64,000 bases of DNA. Source: Minisyncoccota bacterium (GTDB lineage Bacteria; Patescibacteriota; Minisyncoccia; Phycocordibacterales; Phycocordibacteraceae). Of the stretch, positions 57,105 to 64,000 are shown piece by piece. The stretch is from the NCBI GenBank assembly GCA_035531495.1, contig DATKSU010000006.1:1821-65820 (forward strand), in the 5' to 3' direction. A program made the translations under genes and the position numbers. How positions within the stretch are numbered: the stretch's first letter is position 1; each line of letters opens with the position of its first letter. The notes below the pieces were generated by a model. The model was not told where the DNA came from. It searched no databases and saw only the letters and a list, made by a program, of their open reading frames with translations.

Positions 57105-57860
57105 ATGGCCACATTCATCTCCCGCATCCATGCATACCTCCGGCGCGCGCGGGCGCCGCACGATACGCCCGCAAAGCAGCACTCCTCGCCGGCGAGCGCG
57201 GCGAAAGCATATCGCCGCATGCCGCGCATCGCGCTCCCCGCGCCCGGGGCGCTCTCCGTGCCGCTCCACCAGGCGCTCGGCGAGCGTGCATCGTTCTTCG
57301 AGTGCGCGGGCGGGCGGGCGCTCACGCGAGCGGAGCTCGGCACGCTGCTTGGCAACGCGCTCGGCATGCGCGACGGCGAGCGGCGGCGCTACCCGTCGGG
57401 CGGCGGGCTCTTCCCCATAGAGACGTATCTCATCGGGACCGTCCTCGAAGGGCATCCGCCCGGCGCCTTCCACTACCAGCCGAACGCGCACGAGCTTGAA
57501 TTCCTCTGGGAAACGCCCGCCGCGTTCGCGTCTTCCGATCTCATGCGTACGGAAGATGCGCCGCGCGCGCCGATTGTCATCGTCTTCACATCCGTCTGGG
57601 AACGCTCCGCAGTGAAGTACGGCGATTTCTCTTACCTGCTCGGCCTCCTCGAGGCCGGCCACATGGCGCAGAACCTCCTCCTCGCGGCGACGGCGCTCGG
57701 GTTCGGCAGCCGGCCGATGGCCGGTTTCGATGACGAGAGAATCGCGGCGCTCCTCGACCTCGATGAAAGCGTCGAGCAGCCCATCTATGCTGTCCTCCTG
57801 TGCCCGGGCGAGAACGGCGCTATGCGGAAGGCGCCGAAGCGGGAGACGAACGGCGAATAA
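57105..57860 (+). CDS. SagB/McbC-type FMN-dependent peptide dehydrogenase (nitroreductase fold)
   Basis: RRYPSGGGLFPIETY, KYG..SY, EAGHMAQN, GFDD. Confidence 0.9.
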   Translation: MATFISRIHAYLRRARAPHDTPAKQHSSPASAAKAYRRMPRIALPAPGALSVPLHQALGERASFFECAGGRALTRAELGTLLGNALGMRDGERRRYPSGGGLFPIETYLIGTVLEGHPPGAFHYQPNAHELEFLWETPAAFASSDLMRTEDAPRAPIVIVFTSVWERSAVKYGDFSYLLGLLEAGHMAQNLLLAATALGFGSRPMAGFDDERIAALLDLDESVEQPIYAVLLCPGENGAMRKAPKRETNGE

Positions 57861-57865
57861 AGAAA

Positions 57866-57887
57866 GGCCATGCGTCGCCGCATGGCC
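57866..57887. terminator. Hairpin between convergent SagB-like and secreted-protein genes
   Basis: GGCCATGCG-TCGC-CGCATGGCC. Confidence 0.55.
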
Positions 57888-57905
57888 CGGTCAAATCAAC
57901 CCGAT

Positions 57906-58550
57906 TCATTGCACGTGGTCGGACACGAGTTCTATGGTGAAGCGGTTATATAAGGTTCCGCCCCAGTTCGTGTCGTGGTATTCGAGCTTCACGTATGCCC
58001 TCGCCCGCGGCGAATACCAGATTGTCTCGTGCATCTGTCCGCTGCCGGACCTTGCGCCGAAACTCGACTGATAACCACCACCGTAGACGATTTTCAGCGC
58101 CTGGTAGCCGTTCACGGTCTCCCAGTCAATTACTTTCGCGGACAGGTCGTACGTGCCGCTCAGCACACTCCCGACCTTGTCGAACTTTGCCTTCGACTCC
58201 CACGTCTTGCCGACCGTGAGCGGGAACGCGAGGAGCTGGCTGTCGGGCGCGTACTTCATCGTCGATCCGGCGGCCGAGACGCCTGTGAGGGCGTTCAAGT
58301 CGGGTGTCTCCGTGACGTTCATCGTGCCGTGCTTCTCGGACTGGCGGACGAACGTGACGTTGGACCCGTCGATCTTCGAGACGGTCTGGGTGTAGGTGTC
58401 GACCGACGTATTACGCCAGTTGTCAATGACCTTGTACGTCCACGAATCGCCGACCTTTAAGACCGGCCGCTCCACTGCTGCAGGAGCGCCATCGGCACTG
58501 GCACAGAACATAGCTGAAACGAGTGCAAGAGCGAAAAGCTTCTGAGACAT
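57906..58550 (-). CDS. Secreted beta-rich protein, paralogous to 51890-52510
   Basis: Signal peptide, GAGGAGG SD, KVGDSWTY..FPLTVGKTW..ALKI..WYSP. Confidence 0.75.
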   Translation of the reverse strand: MSQKLFALALVSAMFCASADGAPAAVERPVLKVGDSWTYKVIDNWRNTSVDTYTQTVSKIDGSNVTFVRQSEKHGTMNVTETPDLNALTGVSAAGSTMKYAPDSQLLAFPLTVGKTWESKAKFDKVGSVLSGTYDLSAKVIDWETVNGYQALKIVYGGGYQSSFGARSGSGQMHETIWYSPRARAYVKLEYHDTNWGGTLYNRFTIELVSDHVQ

Positions 58551-58644
58551 GACTGCCTCCTCATATTGGGGTTGCGGGCGCAAGGATTGCTCTCCCGGAT
58601 TAAGTTATACTTCAATAAGAAAAACTGTCAAGGACGACGCTCGC

Positions 58645-60045
58645 CTACGAGGCGTTCAGCTGGTCGATATCCTGCTGGAACTGCGCGGCGAACTGCATCA
58701 CGCTATCGCCGTAGAACGCGAAGGCGGGATTGTTCGCTCCTGCCCATCCGGCGAAATAGCGCAGTGCGGCGAGCCGTTCGGCGGCGTAGGTCTGCGTACC
58801 GGCACCGTTGTCCGCCATGAGCATCGCGGTCGCCATGATGGCGTCCTGCGGGCTCCAGGGATTGCTCGGCGAAGAGCCGCTGGTGAGCGTGCGCACGCGG
58901 TCCTGGCTCGCCACGTACTGCCACGGCCCTTGCCAGAAGGCGCTGCCAGAGCCGGGGGGCGGCGTGCAGGTGCCGGTGTTCACGTTCACAAAGCCGCCGT
59001 AGCAGACCCAGGTCGACGGGATGAATTGCCCCGGACCCATCGCGCCGCCCCACCCGTAGGACGGGCGCCTCGAGACCGGCATCTTGTCGGGGTCGAAGCC
59101 GAGCGTCTTCGTGATGTAGACGAAGACCGGCTGGTCGCGCGTCGGATTCATGTCGACGCGCCACGTCCCCGTGCCGAGGTTCTGGCCGAGATTCGTCTCC
59201 TGCTTTAGGACCGCGAGGGTGAGCGCGGCGCGCGTGCCGGTCGCTTTCTCGGCCGCTTGCGCATAAGTCAGCGCCGTGCCGAACGGGATGGCGGCCGTGT
59301 CGCGCAGCTGGAAGAGCTCGGAGCGGATCTGTGCCGCCGTCTTTTGGTTTACGGCGATGAGCTTCTGGTAGTTCGCTTCGACGCCCTTTGTCTCCGCGAG
59401 GAGCTGCTGCTTTTCCGCTTCCTGCGATTGCACGGACTGCTTGGCGAGCTGGGCGACCGTGCGCAGCTGTTCCTCTTCCGCGAGCCGCGCCTGGAGCGCT
59501 TCCTTCTCGGCCTCGGTCGAGGAGCTCGTCTGTTGTATCTGATTGAAGGAATCCGCGAGCGCGCTCTTGATGGACGTGAAGGCGTCGAGGTCGCTGAAGA
59601 AGCCGGAGACATCCTGCGATCCGAGCGCGACCGAGACGACGGAGTAGCTGTCGAGCACCTGCGTCTGCCGCAATATCTGCGCGAGCGACTCCTTCTCCGC
59701 GGCGAGCTGCGACGAGAGCGAGGAGAGCGTCTGGTTATGCTGCCCGATGTTGTCGGAGAGCTGCGCGATGGTGATGGTGATGGCCTGGATCTGCAGCTGC
59801 GTCTTCTTGATCTCGGCGTCGAAGGCGTCGATCTGGCTCTGGAGCGTCTGGTGCTGGCTCTGGGCCTTGTCGAGGAGCGTCTGTTGGGTCGCAATCTGGC
59901 TCTCGACCTGGTCGAGCTGATTCTGGAGCTCCTGCTGGCGCTGCGCCACCTGGTCGGACACGCTCGTCGCCTGCGCGAGCGCCGCGAGCGGCGCGACGAG
60001 TATCAGGATGACGAAACAAGCGGCGACCGCGCGCACGTTCTGCAT
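58645..60045 (-). CDS. Coiled-coil plus lytic transglycosylase (MltB/SLT-like) cell-wall hydrolase
   Basis: Signal peptide, long Gln-rich coiled coil, QETNLG, GAMGPGQFIPSTW. Confidence 0.85.
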   Translation of the reverse strand: MQNVRAVAACFVILILVAPLAALAQATSVSDQVAQRQQELQNQLDQVESQIATQQTLLDKAQSQHQTLQSQIDAFDAEIKKTQLQIQAITITIAQLSDNIGQHNQTLSSLSSQLAAEKESLAQILRQTQVLDSYSVVSVALGSQDVSGFFSDLDAFTSIKSALADSFNQIQQTSSSTEAEKEALQARLAEEEQLRTVAQLAKQSVQSQEAEKQQLLAETKGVEANYQKLIAVNQKTAAQIRSELFQLRDTAAIPFGTALTYAQAAEKATGTRAALTLAVLKQETNLGQNLGTGTWRVDMNPTRDQPVFVYITKTLGFDPDKMPVSRRPSYGWGGAMGPGQFIPSTWVCYGGFVNVNTGTCTPPPGSGSAFWQGPWQYVASQDRVRTLTSGSSPSNPWSPQDAIMATAMLMADNGAGTQTYAAERLAALRYFAGWAGANNPAFAFYGDSVMQFAAQFQQDIDQLNAS

Positions 60046-60107
60046 GAACTAGCAGTATAGCAAACGAAAAACCCGCTCGCGCGGGCTCGTATCGCGTGAC
60101 GCGGAAC

Positions 60108-60767
60108 CTACGCGGTTTCGGCGGCGGGCGCTTCTCCTTCCTCGGCGGCCTTCTCCTTACCCTTCTCCTCGACTTCGATAGTCGAGAGATCCGCCGGCGC
60201 CGCTTCCTCTTCCTTCTCCTCGACGACTTCCTGCACGAGCACGATGACTTCCTCCGGTTCCGTGATGAGCGCGACACCCGCGGGGAGCATGAGGTCGCGC
60301 GCGTGTATCTGATCGCCAATCGCGGCGAGCGACGAGAGGTCGACCGTGATGTCGTGCGGGAGATTCATCGGGTCCGCCTCGACCAGGAGCTCGTAGAGCA
60401 CTTTCACGAGGTTCGCACCCGCCTCGACCGCCGGCGACTCGCCGACGAACTCGAGCGGGATGGCGACCTCGACCTTCTGGCCCTTCGTGACGGCGTAGAA
60501 GTCCACGTGGCGCGGCTGGTGCGAGATGGGGTCGAGATCGACCTCATGGATGAGCGTCGGGACGTCTCCCGCGCCGAGACCCGTCAAGGAGACGATGGTC
60601 GACTCGCCGGCCTCGGTGAGGACCTTCGCGAAGGCGCGCGCGTCGACGGCAATCGGCGTCGCTTCCTGGTTTCGACCGTAGACGACGCCCGGCAATTTCC
60701 CAGCGCGACGAAGCGCCGGCGCCTTCGCGCCGGCAGCCGCGCGCTTCTCGATAGCAAGCGTAGGCAT
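60108..60767 (-). CDS. rplY: 50S ribosomal protein L25 (Ctc type)
   Basis: LRRAGKLPGVVYG, HVDFYAV, C-terminal TL5 domain. Confidence 0.95.
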   Translation of the reverse strand: MPTLAIEKRAAAGAKAPALRRAGKLPGVVYGRNQEATPIAVDARAFAKVLTEAGESTIVSLTGLGAGDVPTLIHEVDLDPISHQPRHVDFYAVTKGQKVEVAIPLEFVGESPAVEAGANLVKVLYELLVEADPMNLPHDITVDLSSLAAIGDQIHARDLMLPAGVALITEPEEVIVLVQEVVEEKEEEAAPADLSTIEVEEKGKEKAAEEGEAPAAETA

Positions 60768-60804
60768 GATGAGCGACTATACGGGAACGGCACCCGAAAT
60801 GCAA

Positions 60805-61800
60805 TCAGGCCGCGAGTGCCGCGGAGACTTTCGCGAGCCGCGCGAGGAACGCATCGCGCGCCGCCGGCACGTTCTCCTCCTTCCCTTTCCAGAGCGCGAG
60901 CGCCTCCTCCTGGAGCGCGCGAGCATACGAGAACGTGAGCGGCCATGGCGCCCTTTTCCCCTTCGCCGCACGCGTGATGGCGGCGAGGTTTTCGGTCGCC
61001 TCGTCCGGCGTCTGGCCGCCCGAGAGGAAGACGATGCCTGGCACCGCGCGCGGGATGCACTTCATGAGCGCCGCGACAGTATCTTCCGCGACCTCCTCCG
61101 GCGCATCCTTGCGCGGGCTCTCGCTTCCCGAGAGCGCCATCGCGGTCTTCAGGATGACGCCTGACGGATCGACCGAGTGCTCTTCGAGCATTGAAAAGAG
61201 CGTGCTGAGCGTCGTTTCGATGACGGCGCGGGCGCGTTGGCGCGAGTGCTTCCCGTCGAGGAGCACTTCCGGTTCGAGAATCGGCACGAGGCCGGCGGCC
61301 TGCGCGTCTTTGGCGTAGCCGGCGAGCCGCGTCGCGTTCTCATGGATGGCCTGCGCCGAGGGCAGCCGGTCGCCGTCGATGCGGATGACCGCGCGCCACT
61401 TCGTGAAGACCGCGCCCTGCTTCTTGAAAGCCGCAAGTCGTTCGGGCAATCCGAAAAGGCCTTTCGTGATGAGCTCGTCCGGACTCTCGGGAAACGGCTC
61501 GGTTCCCTGATCGACCTTGATGCCGGGCATGACGCCGCGCGCGGCAAGCGATACCGGGAAAAGCTTCTTGTCACCGCCTTTCTGCGCGAGCGTCTCCTCG
61601 AAGAGGATGACGCCCGAGAGGTGCTCCTCGATACCGGGGGCGCCGAGGAAGAGGTCGCGGTACTGCCGGCGCATCTCCTCACTCGTCGCGATGCCGTACG
61701 AGGACAGGCGCTTGGTCGCCGTGTGAGTGCTCTCGTCAGTCGCGAGGAGCCCCTTGCCCGGTGCGACGAGCGCTCGGGCGATAGCGTTCAGGTCGGTCAT
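60805..61800 (-). CDS. fba: Fructose-bisphosphate aldolase class I
   Basis: GKGLLATDES, PGIKVD, FTKWR, VPILEPEV, FLSGGQ, TFSYARALQ. Confidence 0.95.
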   Translation of the reverse strand: MTDLNAIARALVAPGKGLLATDESTHTATKRLSSYGIATSEEMRRQYRDLFLGAPGIEEHLSGVILFEETLAQKGGDKKLFPVSLAARGVMPGIKVDQGTEPFPESPDELITKGLFGLPERLAAFKKQGAVFTKWRAVIRIDGDRLPSAQAIHENATRLAGYAKDAQAAGLVPILEPEVLLDGKHSRQRARAVIETTLSTLFSMLEEHSVDPSGVILKTAMALSGSESPRKDAPEEVAEDTVAALMKCIPRAVPGIVFLSGGQTPDEATENLAAITRAAKGKRAPWPLTFSYARALQEEALALWKGKEENVPAARDAFLARLAKVSAALAA

Positions 61801-61880
61801 GAATCCATCGTAGCACGCGCACTCCGGCGCTTTCTCGCCGGTGGAGAAGGGACAGGAGCGCGTGCTACACTCGGCATCAT

Positions 61881-62873
61881 ATGGCACAGATGGATTTCGT
61901 CGCGATTGGCGACACGACGGTCGATGAATTTATCAAGCTCGAGAATGCGCAGGTGCACTGCGCTATCGACCACGAGGCGTGCACCATCTCGATGAACTGG
62001 GGCGACAAGATACCCTACGAGTTCTCGGTGCTCGTGCCGGGCGTGGGGAACGCGGCGAACGCGGCGGTCGCGGCGGCGCGCCTCGGCCTCGCAAGCGGCT
62101 TCGTCTCGAACGTGGGCTCGGACCGTTTCGGCGACGAGGTGCTCGCCGCCTTCGAGCGCGAGGGTGTGGACCGGCGCTACATCACGGTCAACGACGGCAT
62201 ACCGACGAACCATCATTACGTGCTCTTGTTCAATGCGGAACGAACCATCCTCATCCGGCACGAAGCGTACTCCTATAAGCTCCCGGACGGATTTGAGCCG
62301 CCGAAGTGGATTTACCTCTCCTCGGCAGGCGAGCAGTCGGAGGTTTTCCACGGCGAACTCGCCTCGTGGGTCGCCGCGCACCCGGAGACCAAGCTCGCCT
62401 TCCAGCCGGGCACGTTCCAAATGGAGATGGGCAAGGACAAGCTCGCGCCGCTCTACCGGGCGACCGAGCTCGTCGCCTGCAACAAGGAAGAGGCCGAGCG
62501 CATCCTCGAGATCGGCGAGACCGACGTGAAGGAGCTTCTCGACAAAATGCATAGCCTCGGCCCGAAGCTCGTCCTCATCACCGACGGCCCGAACGGCGCC
62601 TACGCCTCCGACGGTTCGCAGAAGCTCAAGGTGCCGATGTACCCGGATCCGAAACCGCCCGTGGATCGTACGGGCGCGGGCGACGCGTCTACCTCGACCG
62701 TCGTTGTCGCGCTCGCCCTCGGCAAACCGCTTGAGGAAGCGCTTCTCTGGGGTCCCGTGAATTCGATGTCCGTCGTGCAGGAGATCGGCGCACAGAAAGG
62801 GCTCCTCTCGCGCGAGGCGATCGAGAAGTATCTCGCCGAGGCGCCGGCGTCCTACGCGGTCGAACCGCTCTAG
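61881..62873 (+). CDS. PfkB-family carbohydrate kinase
   Basis: GNAANAAVAAARLG, NKEEA, DRTGAGDA. Confidence 0.92.
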   Translation: MAQMDFVAIGDTTVDEFIKLENAQVHCAIDHEACTISMNWGDKIPYEFSVLVPGVGNAANAAVAAARLGLASGFVSNVGSDRFGDEVLAAFEREGVDRRYITVNDGIPTNHHYVLLFNAERTILIRHEAYSYKLPDGFEPPKWIYLSSAGEQSEVFHGELASWVAAHPETKLAFQPGTFQMEMGKDKLAPLYRATELVACNKEEAERILEIGETDVKELLDKMHSLGPKLVLITDGPNGAYASDGSQKLKVPMYPDPKPPVDRTGAGDASTSTVVVALALGKPLEEALLWGPVNSMSVVQEIGAQKGLLSREAIEKYLAEAPASYAVEPL

Positions 62874-62879
62874 GGAGCG

Positions 62880-63032
62880 CTATTGGCCGAGAGAGGCGTA
62901 TTGCCCTGCCTCGCTGCCGAACGTGAGGGCGGTGACATTCGCGTTCGCGGTATGGATGATGATGAGCGACGCGCCGGCGCCGGCGACGGTGATGATGAGT
63001 ATGGCGAAATACGTGTTTATCTTCTCTTTCAT
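62880..63032 (-). CDS. Small membrane protein (50 aa, below ORF-track cutoff)
   Basis: Read by hand: MKEKINTYFAILIITVAGAGASLIIIHTANANVTALTFGSEAGQYASLGQ; starts 3 nt after the transketolase stop. Confidence 0.6.
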   Translation of the reverse strand: MKEKINTYFAILIITVAGAGASLIIIHTANANVTALTFGSEAGQYASLGQ

Positions 63033-63035
63033 ATG

Positions 63036-64000
63036 TTATGCATTATGCACGAGCGCGCGGGCGGCTTCCGCGATGTGCGCCGCGTCGAGCCCGTAGTGCG
63101 CGACGAGCTCGTCGGGATCGCCAGACTGCCCGAACCGGTCCTGCACGCCGACGCGTGTGAGAGGAACCGGGTGGCGCGCGCTCAAGAATTCCGCGATAGC
63201 GCCGCCGAAACCGCCGGCCGCCTGGTGCTCTTCGACGGTGACGACGCGCCCGGCGCGCCCGGCTGCGGCGAGCACGGCGGCTTCATCGAGCGGCTTTACG
63301 GTCGGCACATGGAGGACGACCGTCTCGAGACCTTCGTCCGCGAGCGCCTTCGCGGCGCGCAGCGCTTCGTATGAAAGCGATCCGGTCGAGAGGATTGCGA
63401 CCTGCGGATTTTCCGAATCCCAGAGCGTGAGCGCCTTCCCGATGGAAAACGGCGTATCGGGCGTCGTGAAGACCGGTGTCGCCGAACGCCCGAAGCGCAG
63501 GTAGATCGGGCCACCGTGCTTCGCGGCCGCGACGACCGCCTTCCGCGCCTCCTCCGCGTCGCCCGGTGCGATGACGATCATGTTCGGCAGCATCCGCATG
63601 AGGCCGATATCCTCGAGCATCTGGTGCGTCGCGCCGTCGGGGCCGACCGAGACGCCGGCGTGCATGCCGCAGACCTTCACATTCGACTCGTTGAGCGCGA
63701 TAGTCGTGCGGATATGCTCGTAATTCCTCCCGGGGTTGAAGGCGGCATAACTCGCGATGAAGGGCACCTTGCCGGCGGCCGCGAAGCCCGCGCCAAGCGC
63801 GGCCATGTTCTGCTCGGCGACGCCGACTTCGATGAAGCGTTCCGGGAACTCCTTCTCGAACCATTCCGCGCGCGTCGACTCGGAGAGGTCGGCGCAGAGC
63901 ACCACGACGTTCGCGTCCGCCTTCCCGGCTTCCACCGATCCGTGTCCGAAGCCGTCGCGCGTCGGCGCCGTCTCGACGCCGTCAGTCAATACTTTCTCCG
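63036..64000 (-). CDS. Transketolase C-terminal subunit (5' end outside window)
   Basis: RDGFG, EVGVAEQNM, GPDGATHQ, VTVEEH; frame stays open to the window edge. Confidence 0.93.
   Translation of the reverse strand, partial: EKVLTDGVETAPTRDGFGHGSVEAGKADANVVVLCADLSESTRAEWFEKEFPERFIEVGVAEQNMAALGAGFAAAGKVPFIASYAAFNPGRNYEHIRTTIALNESNVKVCGMHAGVSVGPDGATHQMLEDIGLMRMLPNMIVIAPGDAEEARKAVVAAAKHGGPIYLRFGRSATPVFTTPDTPFSIGKALTLWDSENPQVAILSTGSLSYEALRAAKALADEGLETVVLHVPTVKPLDEAAVLAAAGRAGRVVTVEEHQAAGGFGGAIAEFLSARHPVPLTRVGVQDRFGQSGDPDELVAHYGLDAAHIAEAARALVHNA

Noticed and set aside
41500-57860. PaaK-like genes as phenylacetate catabolism
   Set aside because: No other paa genes in the window; sequences are divergent and the context is peptide modification, so only a family-level call is kept

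Overview
High-GC bacterial chromosome segment whose gene forms point to a Patescibacteria/CPR (Parcubacteria-like) organism: short hinge-less SMC, short EF-Ts/PheS/ThrRS, a NusB-Nudix fusion, and many genes that look leaderless. This taxonomy is an inference. Most of the window is housekeeping: hisS, rpoD, dnaG, rpoC, rpoB, trmD, khpA, rpsP, rnr, smc, rnc, nusB, rpmF, rnhB, dnaE, thrS, gyrB, folB, pheST, tRNA-Thr, tsf, rpsB, prfA, rpmE, rplY, fba, a pfkB-family kinase and a transketolase subunit. The main candidate for an undescribed system is a RiPP-like locus at about 51-58.5 kb. It has an azoline-type YcaO and a SagB-type dehydrogenase transcribed divergently from a 101-aa membrane-anchored peptide with a Cys/Ser/Gly-rich core, plus a PaaK-like adenylating enzyme, a helical membrane protein and a Stf0-type sulfotransferase. 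A second island with two more PaaK-like genes splits the normally adjacent rpsB-tsf pair. Also notable: a dispersed structured intergenic element with covarying stems (two copies), related palindromes inserted in-frame in genes and next to a tRNA, and a sortase beside an IPYTG substrate that carries an unusually long C-terminal domain.
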